Part shown: one piece after another, positions 36,696 through 46,894 of the stretch | How the letters are laid out: the number at the start of each line of letters is the position of its first letter | How positions within the stretch are numbered: position 1 is the first letter of the stretch | Source of the DNA: Candidatus Collierbacteria bacterium GW2011_GWB2_45_17 | Lineage (GTDB): Bacteria; Patescibacteriota; Microgenomatia; UBA1400; MFAQ01 | Direction of reading: 5' to 3' | Assembly: GCA_001001485.1 (NCBI GenBank) | Contig: LCKO01000004.1 | Span: forward strand, 4,761-68,760 | Length of the DNA: 64,000 nucleotides | Program-made: the position numbers and the translations under genes | Notes under the pieces: model-generated | What the model was told of the DNA's origin: nothing | What the model saw: the letters and a program-made list of their open reading frames with translations, nothing else | Databases searched by the model: none

Positions 36696-37425
36696 TATCG
36701 AGAAAAATGGGAAGGTGATGCTGTTAGCTTATGACCAAGGACTGGAGCATGGGCCGATTGATTTTGATGATAAGAGCGTAGATCCGGCTTATATTATGGA
36801 GATTGCTAAAAACGGTTACTTTACCGGCGTGGTTTTTCAGGAGGGAGTGGCGGCCAAGTACTATCAAAAAGAAAGCGGCGTACCACTAATTGTGAAACTA
36901 AACGGAAAAACTTCTTTTCAAGGCGAAGAACCGTTGTCCCTCCAACTTTGTACAGTAGAGAAGGCGGCGGAACTGGGAGCGGTGGGAGTGGGATACACAA
37001 TATATGTGGGAAGTGAGCATGAAGAACAGATGCTGGTGGAGTTTTCCAGAATAGAAGATGAGGCTCATGCCAGAGACATGATCGTAATCGCCTGGATGTA
37101 CCCTAGAGGAAAAAAGGTCGCTGGTAGAGAGTCTGAACGAGATGTAGTCGCTTATGGGGCCAGAATGGGGATGGAATTGAATGCCGACTATGTAAAAGTG
37201 CCTTATACAGGGGATTCGGAAAGTTTTAACTGGGTGGTGCGGGCGGCAGGAAAAACGGGGGTTTTGGCCCAGGGAGGTAAAAAAGTCGACTGGGAAAACT
37301 TGGAACTAGAGGTAGAAGGAGCTATGAAGGCCGGAGCCAAAGGAATTGCGATTGGTAGAAATGTTTGGCAGGACGAAAACCCAAATGAAATTTCAAAAAA
37401 ATTATCGGAAATAATATTTAAATAA
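36688..37425 (+). CDS. Class I (DhnA-type) fructose-bisphosphate aldolase
   Basis: LAYDQGLEHGP, W.YPRG, ADYVKVPY, GG.K, GRNVWQ. Confidence 0.92.
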   Translation: MSSIEKNGKVMLLAYDQGLEHGPIDFDDKSVDPAYIMEIAKNGYFTGVVFQEGVAAKYYQKESGVPLIVKLNGKTSFQGEEPLSLQLCTVEKAAELGAVGVGYTIYVGSEHEEQMLVEFSRIEDEAHARDMIVIAWMYPRGKKVAGRESERDVVAYGARMGMELNADYVKVPYTGDSESFNWVVRAAGKTGVLAQGGKKVDWENLELEVEGAMKAGAKGIAIGRNVWQDENPNEISKKLSEIIFK

Positions 37426-37428
37426 TTT

Positions 37429-38412
37429 ATGCAAAAGGTGGTAGTAATTGGGGCGGCGGTGATGGATGTGCTGTTGAAGTCCAATGGCTTAAAGGTGGTT
37501 AAGGGGCATGAGGTTCCCGGCGGAGTAGCTATGTGTGAGATGATTGGGGGAAAGTTGGAGGCTGAGGAGAGTTTGGTGACTAGCGGTGGCGGAGGGACAA
37601 ATGTGGCGGTGGGGCTTCACAGACTGGGAGAGGCAGTAAAGATGATTTCTCGCATAGGAAGTGATGATTTGGGAGAGGTGATGACTAAACAACTAGAGCG
37701 AGAAGGGGTAGACCTATCTATGTTGCAAAAAGGAGAAGGGAAGACGGGAATCTCGGTGGTGCTAGTATCTCCGGATGGAGGAAGATCGATCGTGACGTAC
37801 AGAGGGGAAAGCGGACTAATAGATTCAAGGGAGATTGATTGGGAAGAAATGAAAAAGGCGGACTGGATTCAGATTTCTTCGCTTGGCGGAGAAATGGAGT
37901 TTTTGGAGGACATGGTAACCTTTGCCTTGACTAATGGCCTAAAGATTGGGGTTAATCCAGGTAAAAAAGAACTGGAACAAAAAGGGAGGTTGCTAAAACT
38001 ATTACCTAAATTTGATCTCTTTAACATTAATCGAATGGAAGCGAGTCTTTTGTTGGGAGTAGATTATGAAGATGAGAAGGAGATGGTGAAAAAAATGGTC
38101 GATATGGGAGCAAAAATATTGTCGATTACCGATGGGAAGAGAGGGGCGAGCGTGGCGGCAAACAGAAGGTGGTTAAAAATGGAAGCTTTTTCGGTAAAAT
38201 CGGTTGATGATACCGGGGCCGGAGATGCGTTTGTGAGCGGGGTGGTATCGGGAATACTACAGTATCGGAACCCGGAAGATTTTTTGAAGATGGGGCTGGC
38301 AAATGGAGGGAATAAAGTAACTAAACTGGGGGCTAAGGAAGGTCTCTTGTATAAAGATGAAATGGAGGGGTGGATGAAGAAGAAATTAAAGATGACTGAA
38401 GAGTGGGTATAA
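37429..38412 (+). CDS. PfkB family carbohydrate kinase
   Basis: GGGGTNVAV, DDTGAGDAF. Confidence 0.92.
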   Translation: MQKVVVIGAAVMDVLLKSNGLKVVKGHEVPGGVAMCEMIGGKLEAEESLVTSGGGGTNVAVGLHRLGEAVKMISRIGSDDLGEVMTKQLEREGVDLSMLQKGEGKTGISVVLVSPDGGRSIVTYRGESGLIDSREIDWEEMKKADWIQISSLGGEMEFLEDMVTFALTNGLKIGVNPGKKELEQKGRLLKLLPKFDLFNINRMEASLLLGVDYEDEKEMVKKMVDMGAKILSITDGKRGASVAANRRWLKMEAFSVKSVDDTGAGDAFVSGVVSGILQYRNPEDFLKMGLANGGNKVTKLGAKEGLLYKDEMEGWMKKKLKMTEEWV

Positions 38413-38430
38413 GATAGTTATATTTTCCAC

Positions 38431-38530
38431 AAGTGTTCGAAGTGCGCAAAAAGACGTGCTCGACCTCCGTCCCTCGAGTACGAGTGCGGATCCGCTCCGC
38501 GCGACCTTTTGCTTGCCCTTCTGCACCCTT
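38431..38530. repeat. GC-rich nested stem-loop element (MITE-like or structured RNA)
   Basis: Outer GCAAAA/TTTTGC pairing, inner CGTGCTCGA/TCGAGTACG and GCGGA/TCCGC. Confidence 0.5.
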
Positions 38531-38570
38531 GCTGAAAAACATCATTCTTTTTATATGGTTAAATGAAGGT

Positions 38571-39557
38571 ATGGGAAAGCCGAAGATTTTTGTAACACAT
38601 GTTTATTTGGGGAAGTTTTTGGAAAGACTGAAGGAGAAGTATGAAGTAGTTGTTTGGAAAGATAAGAATATCACGAGAGAAGATTTGCTGACAGGAGTAA
38701 AAGGATCGGTAGGGATTATTTCCCTGTTGACCGAAAAAATTGACGGTGAAGTGATGGACAGCGCCGGATCTCAACTTAGGGTGATCAGTAATTATGCGGT
38801 TGGTTATGACAACGTTGAAGTAGAAGCAGCTACCAAAAGAGGAATTAGTGTGACAAATACTCCGGGAGTATTAACCGAGTCGGTGGCTGAAGAAGTCATC
38901 GCTTTTGTTTTGGTTTTGTTTAGAAGGATAGCAGAGGGTGACAGATTTGTTCGGGAGGGAAAGTACAAGGGTTGGGAGCCGGACTTACTACTGGGTACCG
39001 GAATTAAAGATAAGACGATGGGGATAGTAGGTCTCGGGAGGATTGGGCGGTGGACGGCCAGGATGGCCAGAGCCTTGGGAATGAAAGTAATCTATTTTAA
39101 CCGTCATCGAGATGAGGAGTTTGAGGAAGAGTATGGGGTGACTTATCATACATTTGACCAACTTTTAGAAAACGCCGAGGTGGTGAGCCTGTCGGTGCCT
39201 CTGACAGATGAGACCAGACATCTGATTGGCGAGAGGGAACTGAAACTGATGAAACCATCGGCGATTCTGATAAACACCTCGAGAGGCCCGATAGTCGATC
39301 AGGAAATTTTGATAAAAGCCTTAAAGGAAAAATGGATTGCCGGAGCAGGGCTGGATGTTTTTGAAGATGAGTCACAAGTCCCTGAAGATTTAAGGGCTTT
39401 GCCTAATACCGTTTTGACACCGCATACCGCTTCGGCCACGATTGAGACAAGAATTGCTATGGCTAGAATAGTGGTGGATAATGTGACTGACGCGATTGAA
39501 GGAAGACAGCCTTTGTGTCTCGTGAATCCTGATGTTTGGAAGGAGAAAATAGATTAG
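38571..39557 (+). CDS. D-2-hydroxyacid dehydrogenase (glyoxylate reductase/D-glycerate dehydrogenase type)
   Basis: AVGYDN, NTPGVLT, GLGRIG, NTSRG, GLDVFE.E, TPH. Confidence 0.93.
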   Translation: MGKPKIFVTHVYLGKFLERLKEKYEVVVWKDKNITREDLLTGVKGSVGIISLLTEKIDGEVMDSAGSQLRVISNYAVGYDNVEVEAATKRGISVTNTPGVLTESVAEEVIAFVLVLFRRIAEGDRFVREGKYKGWEPDLLLGTGIKDKTMGIVGLGRIGRWTARMARALGMKVIYFNRHRDEEFEEEYGVTYHTFDQLLENAEVVSLSVPLTDETRHLIGERELKLMKPSAILINTSRGPIVDQEILIKALKEKWIAGAGLDVFEDESQVPEDLRALPNTVLTPHTASATIETRIAMARIVVDNVTDAIEGRQPLCLVNPDVWKEKID

Positions 39558-39558
39558 C

Positions 39559-39828
39559 ATGAAAGACTTGGATACAGAGCTGGAACTGCCGATGGACGAA
39601 GACGAAAATATCGGAGACGGTTTTAAGAAAAAGAGGTTAAAAAGAAAAAAATCCAAAGAAGAAAGAATCGCGGAAAGAAGAGTGGTCTTTTGGACATTTA
39701 TGATAATTGTAGGGGCCACCATCTTTTTTTGGTTGTGGCCAAGACTACAACTGGGAAATTTTAGTCTGCCATCTTTTGATGGAACCCCAAACAAAGAATG
39801 GAAGAATTATGTGGAGTATCAATTGTAG
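39559..39828 (+). CDS. Hypothetical single-TM protein
   Basis: Charged N-terminus followed by a TM helix. Confidence 0.6.
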   Translation: MKDLDTELELPMDEDENIGDGFKKKRLKRKKSKEERIAERRVVFWTFMIIVGATIFFWLWPRLQLGNFSLPSFDGTPNKEWKNYVEYQL

Positions 39829-39833
39829 TTGTC

Positions 39834-39903
39834 AAATTCGATAGGGCCAGGCCTTGAAGATCTGGGACCCTATAAGGCCTGGCCCTGTGGGAGGATTGGG
39901 GGA
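39834..39903. repeat. ~70-bp REP-doublet element (AGGGCCAGGCCTT...AAGGCCTGGCCCT), copy A
   Basis: 13-bp inverted arms; near-identical to 41941-42010; contains the PBP stop codon. Confidence 0.9.
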
Positions 39904-42161
39904 GAGGGAGCAAGACGTCGTTCAATATCGGTCGGGTCGCAGGCAGTTTTTGGTTCGGTGCCTTTGACAAAGTAATCAACCCTGGTAGGACAACCCGTGC
40001 AAGTAAGTGTACCGGTAAGAATACAAATAGGTACCTTGATAAGATTTTCCGGTGGCGTAAGATTTTTGGGTTCATGATTTTTTTCCAAGATGGTGTTGAA
40101 TACTTTGGCCCAGATAGGAGAGGCGCCGGTGATACCGGAGGCTATTTTGGACATGGGTGAGCTGTCATTGTTACCGACCCAGGTGGCTACCAGAAAATTT
40201 TCCGTAAATCCAATAGCCCAGTTATCTTTTAGATCATTGCTGGTGCCGGTCTTGACGGCAACTTTGGCCGACTTGATATTGAGAACTGAGTTGGCTCCGA
40301 AAGCCGCGCTTCTGGCACCGTTGTCACTGAGAATGTCGGAAACAAGATAGGCGGTGGTTGGAGACAAATTACGTTTGGGAGTGCAGATAACTTCTTCGGC
40401 GTTGACAACAGTGTTACTGCCGGCGAGATTTTTTTGACTAGGGCAGGTAACTAGCTTAAGAAGTTCACCGGTATTTTTTTCTACTTTTAAGATAGTGAGG
40501 AGAGGAGTAGTGATACCTTGGTTAGCAAAGGTAGAGTAAGCGGTGGCAAGATCGGTCATCTTGACCTCCAAACTGCCGAGCGCAATTGAAGGTCCGAACC
40601 TTCCCGGGTCGTCCCAGGTGGTGATTCCAAGTTTTTTGGCAAAATCGGCGAAGTTGTTGACGCCATTTTGCAGAAGGATGAGAACGGAGGGGATATTGTA
40701 TGAACTGGCTAATGCCTGACGAAGAGTGATGGTGCCGTGAAATTTGCCATCGTAGTTTTTGGGCGTCCAAACTTCATTACCCGAAAGACGGACTGTAACG
40801 GGACGATCTTCGATAATGTTGGCTGGGTTGTGACCTTTTTCAAAATAGAGAGCGTAGTTTAAGGGCTTGATAGAGCTCCCCGGCTGGCGAGTGGCTGTGG
40901 TCAGGTTAACTTGACCATTTTCCTTCAAATTAAAATAATCCTTTGAACCGACCATGGCTAAGACCTCACCGGTTTTAGGATTGGTGACCAAGGCGGAACC
41001 ATTGGATACATTTAACCTTTTTATTTTCTCAACTTCTTCGGTGACAATCTTTTGAACCTGATCTTGAAGGTTGGCATCAAGGGTGGTGTAAACTCTTAAA
41101 CCTCCCTGGGTAACGACGCCTTCTCCCAACTGATCAACTAATAGGCTTTTGACGAGCATCACAAAATGCGGTGCCTTGATCTCAATTTTGGCAGATTTAA
41201 AGTCAATTTTTTCTTCGAGAGATTTGTCTAAATCTATCTTAGTAATCAAACCATCCTTGAACATTTGATGTAAAACCCATTGTTGTCTGGTAATAGCCAG
41301 TTCCGGTTGGTCTCCGAATGGAGAATACTTGCTGGGGGCTCGGGTGAGTCCGGCCAAAAAAGCCGCTTGAGCCAGATCTAGGTCCTGGGAATCGATGTCA
41401 AAATACTGACGGGCGGCCTCTTGGATGCCATAAGCCGGGCCGCCAAAACCGACTTGATTGAGATACATCTCAAAAATTTTATCCTTAGTGAAGAGATGTT
41501 CTGCTTTGATAGCCAGAATAATTTCTTTGACTTTTCGGGTAATAGTTTTTTCCGGTGTGAGAATAGTATTTTTGATTAATTGTTGAGTGATGGTAGAGCC
41601 ACCCTCGAGTTTATCGTCGAAAAGATTTTTATAAATAGCCCTAATAAGTCCCGGTAGTGAGAAACCGTTGTGAGAATAAAAATCCTTGTCTTCGGCGGCG
41701 AGAAAAGCGTTTTTGACGTGCTGAGGAAGAGAATCTAGAGAAATTAGAGTTCTGTTTTCGTCTTTGTAGATTTTGTATAACAGAACACCGTTTCGATCAA
41801 GAATTTGGGTAGTTAATTTTGAGGGGTATTGAGAAAGTTGTTTGGGGTCCGGTAAGCCACGGAAAATTTCAAAGTAGAGAATAAAAGAAAGGACGGCTAG
41901 AGATAGTAGAAAAAAAAGATTGCGTTTGGGGAGCATGACAAAATTCGATAGGGCCAGGCCTTGAAGATCTGGGACCCTATAAGGCCTGGCCCTATAGGAG
42001 GATTTGGGGAGTGTGAGACGGGGAGGACGAAGAGTGAGGAGTTTTTCAAACAAAAGGATGACAAAACCGACAAAAGAAACGAAAAAGACAAGTAAGCTGA
42101 AGACGGGACGACCAACTAATAAAAAGACGTTTTTGGATTGAGTTTTTTTCTTTATACCCAT
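39870..42161 (-). CDS. Class A penicillin-binding protein (PBP1A family)
   Basis: EDKDFY.H.G, GGSTITQQL, RK..E, PGSSIKP (SxxK), SYN, KTGT. Confidence 0.95.
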   Translation of the reverse strand: MGIKKKTQSKNVFLLVGRPVFSLLVFFVSFVGFVILLFEKLLTLRPPRLTLPKSSYRARPYRVPDLQGLALSNFVMLPKRNLFFLLSLAVLSFILYFEIFRGLPDPKQLSQYPSKLTTQILDRNGVLLYKIYKDENRTLISLDSLPQHVKNAFLAAEDKDFYSHNGFSLPGLIRAIYKNLFDDKLEGGSTITQQLIKNTILTPEKTITRKVKEIILAIKAEHLFTKDKIFEMYLNQVGFGGPAYGIQEAARQYFDIDSQDLDLAQAAFLAGLTRAPSKYSPFGDQPELAITRQQWVLHQMFKDGLITKIDLDKSLEEKIDFKSAKIEIKAPHFVMLVKSLLVDQLGEGVVTQGGLRVYTTLDANLQDQVQKIVTEEVEKIKRLNVSNGSALVTNPKTGEVLAMVGSKDYFNLKENGQVNLTTATRQPGSSIKPLNYALYFEKGHNPANIIEDRPVTVRLSGNEVWTPKNYDGKFHGTITLRQALASSYNIPSVLILLQNGVNNFADFAKKLGITTWDDPGRFGPSIALGSLEVKMTDLATAYSTFANQGITTPLLTILKVEKNTGELLKLVTCPSQKNLAGSNTVVNAEEVICTPKRNLSPTTAYLVSDILSDNGARSAAFGANSVLNIKSAKVAVKTGTSNDLKDNWAIGFTENFLVATWVGNNDSSPMSKIASGITGASPIWAKVFNTILEKNHEPKNLTPPENLIKVPICILTGTLTCTGCPTRVDYFVKGTEPKTACDPTDIERRLAPSPPILPQGQAL
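41941..42010. repeat. REP-doublet element, copy B, in frame in the PBP N-terminus
   Basis: Encodes SSYRARPYRVPDLQGLALSNF. Confidence 0.9.
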
Positions 42162-42188
42162 GATTGTAAGGCTGAGGGGTAAAAAAAA

Positions 42189-43400
42189 CTAGAGGGTAGA
42201 AATGTTTTTTATCGGCTCCCATAACTCTCCGAAGGGGACTTCATAACCGAGGGCCCAGATGGCCACCCCCCCAAGATTGGCGGATTTTACCAGTTTTATC
42301 TTTTGTTTGAGGGACTCCGAATTTTCAAAATATATCTGATGTGTTTCCTCGCCTTTTTCAAACACCAAGTAAGGACTAAGGGTGGTTTGAGACCACATAG
42401 CCGAGAGAGAGGATATTTTTGAGTCGGAAAACAACGATTGAATTCGGGAATAACTGGCCAGCGAACCCGTGCCGGGATAGGTGTTGGCCAGAAAATCCTT
42501 TCCTGCAGTTTGCCATTCATAACCATAAAAAGGGATTCCGAGGATAATCTTTTCCGGTGGCACAATTTTGGTAATTTGTGAAAGATGGGAGATGATATCT
42601 TGATCAAGACAGGGGAGGCTTTGCTGATGATTACATTTGCCCGTTAAGGGGGCGACCGGACCGGCCTGAGACGATGACTTACGAGAATAATCATAGGCCA
42701 TGACGATAAATCGGTCAACGACTGGACTGAGACCGACGAGATCCCAAAGACGATCCTTGGTCGCGGTATCGGCGAAGATATCAACATCGATTTGACAGTT
42801 CTTGTTTTGGGTCCGGCAGGCGTTTTTTAAATTTCTGATGAAGGTGATGAAATTTGATCTGGTTGTGGTTTCGGGCTTTCCGACGTATTCAAAATCGACG
42901 TTGATGTCATCAAAGTTTTTATTTTTGTATATCTCCATGATCGAGTTGATTGCTGTTCTGGAATTAGATGGATTTTCCAGTATTGACTCGATTAACTCCG
43001 GATCCATGGCAGTAACTGTCAGGATGGTTTTTTGACCGAGAAGTTTTGATTGGTAAAGAAGTTTTTCGACGGCGTTCGAATTTATTTTATTCCAGCCAGG
43101 TTCTTGTTCTTTTTTGACATTTATCTTGTTTATGGTGCCATCCGGATTGAGGTCTATGGCGAAGTAAGCAAGGTGAGTAAGAAAATTTATATTTAGTTCG
43201 TTAGCATATTTACTGTTCCAGTAAGGGAAAAACCCGTAAATGATTTTCGGAGATTTTGAAGCGGTGGAATGACCGGTAATGACGTCTATAAGGGCAATGG
43301 GGCTGATCAGGGGAAGAGTATTTTGCCAAACTACATAAATAGTAATGGTGATAAGGGAAAGTCCAAGGACAAAGAGGATGGCTCTAATTTGGCTGAGCAT
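42189..43400 (-). CDS. Glycoside hydrolase family 18 protein
   Basis: FDDINVDFEY (DxxDxDxE-like), MAYDY, LGIPFYG, IWALG; start at MLSQIR. Confidence 0.9.
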   Translation of the reverse strand: MLSQIRAILFVLGLSLITITIYVVWQNTLPLISPIALIDVITGHSTASKSPKIIYGFFPYWNSKYANELNINFLTHLAYFAIDLNPDGTINKINVKKEQEPGWNKINSNAVEKLLYQSKLLGQKTILTVTAMDPELIESILENPSNSRTAINSIMEIYKNKNFDDINVDFEYVGKPETTTRSNFITFIRNLKNACRTQNKNCQIDVDIFADTATKDRLWDLVGLSPVVDRFIVMAYDYSRKSSSQAGPVAPLTGKCNHQQSLPCLDQDIISHLSQITKIVPPEKIILGIPFYGYEWQTAGKDFLANTYPGTGSLASYSRIQSLFSDSKISSLSAMWSQTTLSPYLVFEKGEETHQIYFENSESLKQKIKLVKSANLGGVAIWALGYEVPFGELWEPIKNISTL

Positions 43401-45717
43401 TTTCTGGGGTTGGGGTTGGCAAGTAGTTTGACGGGGTAACAGTCTTTGACTGGAATTTGGAGTAGTCGACGATGGTTTGTGGCCATTGAATGTGTCCATT
43501 GTCATCTACGGGATAGACGCAGTCTAGACAAAAATCATAAGTAAAAGGATCAGAAACGACAGTGTGTTCTTCTAGGTCACGGTCGACCGTTTCATCTCCG
43601 GGCAGAACCGGATACTTGTCCGACCGTCGAACCCAAACCTGTTTTTTGGTGAGATAATTATTTTGGCTTAGAGGAAGAACGCCTTCGATAAAATATTCCG
43701 AATGGGATTCGCACTGATTTTCTTGTTGAGCCAGAAGGCCGGTTAGATTGCAAACTTGAAAGTTGGTGACCATCTCCGGTTTTGACAGTGGCTTGTCTTT
43801 GATGTTTTGAAGTACTTTTCTCATGATGGTATTCCAGATTGGAGAAGCGCCGGTGACGCCTGAGGCGACATAACTCATGGAGGAGTTGTCATTGTTACCG
43901 ACCCAGGTGACGGCCAAATAATCCGGCGTATAGCCTATGGTCCAGTTGTCCTTTAGGTCGTTGGTGGTACCGGTTTTTACGGAAACGGTATGCCCGGGAA
44001 TAACCAGTTTGCTGGTAGCTCCAAAAGCGGCTGAACGGGCACCGTTGTCGGCTAAGATATCAGAAATAATAAAGGTGACTTCTTGTGGAAGAGTAACTCT
44101 GGGGTCGGTGGGAAGAAGGTTTTGTATTTGATTTTGTTTCCCAAAATCGGTCCAGTTTAATGGCATGACAGAAACTAAGTTTGCCGTTTTCTCCGGCTGG
44201 AATTCTTCGAGAATTTGACCGTCGAAAGTTTCAATCTTTAAAACGGAAACAAGAGGTACAGTAACACCCCTGTTAGCAAAAGTGCCAAAGGCTTTGGCCA
44301 TATCAAACATGGTTACCTCCCCGCCTCCAAGAGTAAGGGATAGACCGTATTGACTAGAGTCTGTCCATGAGGAAATTCCCATGGCAGAGGCAGTAGCGAT
44401 GAAGGAGGCGTTGCCATTGAGAGCCAGTTGTTTGACGGCCGGAATGTTGAGGGAGCTGGCTAGTGCTTGACGCATAGAAACCGGTCCACGGAAAGTATTA
44501 TCGTAATTTTTGGGACAGTACTGTTTTTGGCCAGAGACATTAAAACAAGTAGGCAGATCGAGATAGGTGGTGCTGGTTGGCCAGCCATTTAAAAGTCCGG
44601 TGGCATAGTTTATGGGTTTAATTGAAGAACCGGGTTGGCGCTGGGAAGTGACCACGTTTACCTGGCCATCAATATCATCATCGTAGTAATCTTTGGAACC
44701 AACCAGGGCCAGAATTTCTCCCGTGTTGGGGTGAGTAACGATGGCGGCGCCGTTGCTGATTTTTAACTTGGCAATTTTTTTCATTTCGGCCGAAAGTGAA
44801 GCTTGAACGTAGTTTTGTAAATCAAGGTCCAAAGTGGTGGTGACTTTTAGTCCACCCAAGTTCACTTTATCCTCACCATACTTTTGAACCAGACTGTCGC
44901 GAACCATAAGAGAAAAATGTGGACCGTTGATAGAGATATTTTTTTTGATAAAGTTAAGTTTTTCTATTTTAGCCGCTTCCAGCTGATCAGAGGTCAGGTA
45001 ACCATCTTCAAACATTCGACGAAGGACTTCGTGTTGACGATTGATGGCCAGCTCCGGTTTGGCTCCGAAAGGAGAGTATCGAGTGGGAGATTGGGGTAGG
45101 CCGGCCAGTAAAGCAGACTCGGCTAGATTAAGGTCTTTAGCCGATTTACCGAAGTAAGTCTGGGCTGCCGTTTCTATGCCGTAAACTGTGCCCCCATAGG
45201 GGGCGTGATTGAGGTAAAGTTCCAGAATTTGGTCTTTGTTGTAATAAACTTCCGTGACTAAGGCAAGGATGGCTTCTTTGATTTTCCGGGTGATGGTTCG
45301 GCGAGGATCCGAGAGGAGTGAATTTTTTACTAATTGTTGGGTAATGGTAGAACCACCCTCCAGCCTTTTACCAGTCAAGGTTTTAAAAGTGGCTCGGATA
45401 ATGGCCAAAGTGTCCAAACCGTGGTGTTTATAAAAATTTTTATCTTCGATAGCGATGGTAGCTTGTTTGACAAAATCGGGAATATTTTTGGAGGAGATGG
45501 GTGAGCGGCGAATGTCGGAGTAGACCTCATAAAGCAGTTTGCCGTTTCGATCAAGGATTTTGGTACTAATGGGAGCCGGTGTTTTGACTAGTTTGGCCGG
45601 ATTGGGAACATCTTTTAGTAGAAAAAATAAAAAAATTAGAGATAGGCCAGAAAAAATTAACACCAGACTTAAAGGCGTGGGACGGTATTGAAGAAGTTTC
45701 TGGCGAGTGATGACCAT
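43384..45717 (-). CDS. Class A penicillin-binding protein (second paralog)
   Basis: EDKNFYKH.G, GGSTITQQL, PGSSIKP, SLN, KTGT. Confidence 0.95.
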   Translation of the reverse strand: MVITRQKLLQYRPTPLSLVLIFSGLSLIFLFFLLKDVPNPAKLVKTPAPISTKILDRNGKLLYEVYSDIRRSPISSKNIPDFVKQATIAIEDKNFYKHHGLDTLAIIRATFKTLTGKRLEGGSTITQQLVKNSLLSDPRRTITRKIKEAILALVTEVYYNKDQILELYLNHAPYGGTVYGIETAAQTYFGKSAKDLNLAESALLAGLPQSPTRYSPFGAKPELAINRQHEVLRRMFEDGYLTSDQLEAAKIEKLNFIKKNISINGPHFSLMVRDSLVQKYGEDKVNLGGLKVTTTLDLDLQNYVQASLSAEMKKIAKLKISNGAAIVTHPNTGEILALVGSKDYYDDDIDGQVNVVTSQRQPGSSIKPINYATGLLNGWPTSTTYLDLPTCFNVSGQKQYCPKNYDNTFRGPVSMRQALASSLNIPAVKQLALNGNASFIATASAMGISSWTDSSQYGLSLTLGGGEVTMFDMAKAFGTFANRGVTVPLVSVLKIETFDGQILEEFQPEKTANLVSVMPLNWTDFGKQNQIQNLLPTDPRVTLPQEVTFIISDILADNGARSAAFGATSKLVIPGHTVSVKTGTTNDLKDNWTIGYTPDYLAVTWVGNNDNSSMSYVASGVTGASPIWNTIMRKVLQNIKDKPLSKPEMVTNFQVCNLTGLLAQQENQCESHSEYFIEGVLPLSQNNYLTKKQVWVRRSDKYPVLPGDETVDRDLEEHTVVSDPFTYDFCLDCVYPVDDNGHIQWPQTIVDYSKFQSKTVTPSNYLPTPTPENAQPN

Positions 45718-45753
45718 GGTTAGGTAATTATACTGGTATGTTAGTATTTAAAG

Positions 45754-46332
45754 ATGAGACGGCTTTGGTACTACTATTTATACCTATTAATTGTTTGGGG
45801 GAGTTTCAGATATTTTGTCCGCTTGCCAGACGTAATTGAAGAGCTTTGGTTTAAACCTCTGATTTGGTTAGTGCCTTTGTTTTGGTGGGGCTTATCGCTT
45901 TCCACCAAATTAGTAATGTTCGGAAAAGATTTGTTTCGTTCAGTGGTCTGGGGAGTTTTTGTGGGAGCTTTGTATTTTGGACTGATTAGAAGGTTTAATT
46001 TTAATGGAGAGATCGGCAATCTGGATATGATGGGAGTGGCTTTGGCGACAGCAGTGACGGAAGAGCTAACCTTTAGTGGTTTTGTAGCCGGATATCTGGA
46101 AAAAATTCAAAAAGGGAAGTGGATAAACTTTTTAATAGTGGGGTTGATGGTAGCAGTCATAAGATTGCCAATATTGTTATTTGTTTACGGTTTGGGACTA
46201 GTTGACTTGGTTGGCGTAATATTCTTCGCCGGTGCGAGTGGAATAATAAACGCTTGGATAAGAATACGGACAGGGAATGTGACCGGTTCGATTTTGGCGA
46301 GGTTGGGGATGAATCTCGCCGTATTGGGATAA
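45754..46332 (+). CDS. CPBP/Abi family intramembrane protease-like protein
   Basis: TEELTF.G motif with multiple TM helices; His motifs degenerate. Confidence 0.7.
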   Translation: MRRLWYYYLYLLIVWGSFRYFVRLPDVIEELWFKPLIWLVPLFWWGLSLSTKLVMFGKDLFRSVVWGVFVGALYFGLIRRFNFNGEIGNLDMMGVALATAVTEELTFSGFVAGYLEKIQKGKWINFLIVGLMVAVIRLPILLFVYGLGLVDLVGVIFFAGASGIINAWIRIRTGNVTGSILARLGMNLAVLG

Positions 46333-46340
46333 ATTGGGGG

Positions 46341-46393
46341 TTGACATACTAAGGGTGGTGGATAAAGATGAAAGTCAACACTAAATATTGTGT
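46341..46393 (+). promoter_or_regulatory. nrdR-nrdJ promoter with NrdR box(es)
   Basis: ACACTAAATATTGTGT (46378-46393) fits acaCwAtATaTwGtgt; weaker box at 46346 (32 bp upstream); TTGACA at 46341. Confidence 0.8.
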
Positions 46394-46398
46394 TTCTT

Positions 46399-46872
46399 AT
46401 GAACTGTCCATATTGCTCTAATGAAGATTCGGCCGTCCTGGAGAGTCGGGGTCTGCCGGAGGATGTGGGGGTACGAAGGAGAAGGCGGTGTAAAAAGTGC
46501 GATAAACGGTTTACGACCCACGAGACGGTGGTGAAGATAGATCTCAGAGTAATAAAAAAGAACGGTCGAGTAGAGCAGTACGATAGAGAAAAACTTTTGA
46601 AGGGTATTGGGAAAGCGTGTTATAAACGAAAAGTAACAACAGAAGAAATTGAAAATTTGGTGGATGAAGTGGAGTGCAAGATGCTAAATAGGCGGACGGT
46701 AGAAATTAAGTCCAGCGAGATAGGTAAGATGGTTCTTAATCGGCTGAAGAGATTGGATGAGCTCGCCTATATGCGATTTGCCAGTGTTTACCTGGATTTT
46801 CACAATGCCGATGATTTTAAGCAGTTTGTTTTGACTTCACAGAAATCCTTCGGCTTTGCTCAGGACAAATAA
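46399..46872 (+). CDS. nrdR: Transcriptional repressor NrdR
   Basis: CPYC..V.ESR..RRRR.C..C..RFTT.E, ATP cone, AYMRFASVY. Confidence 0.97.
   Translation: MNCPYCSNEDSAVLESRGLPEDVGVRRRRRCKKCDKRFTTHETVVKIDLRVIKKNGRVEQYDREKLLKGIGKACYKRKVTTEEIENLVDEVECKMLNRRTVEIKSSEIGKMVLNRLKRLDELAYMRFASVYLDFHNADDFKQFVLTSQKSFGFAQDK
46846..46869. repeat. TCCTTCGGCTTTGCTCAGGAC short repeat-like element at the nrdR 3' end
   Basis: Adds SFGFAQDK; TCCT...AGGA arms; single copy in the window. Confidence 0.5.
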
Positions 46873-46894
46873 TTACCAATTAATTAAGCAGAAA

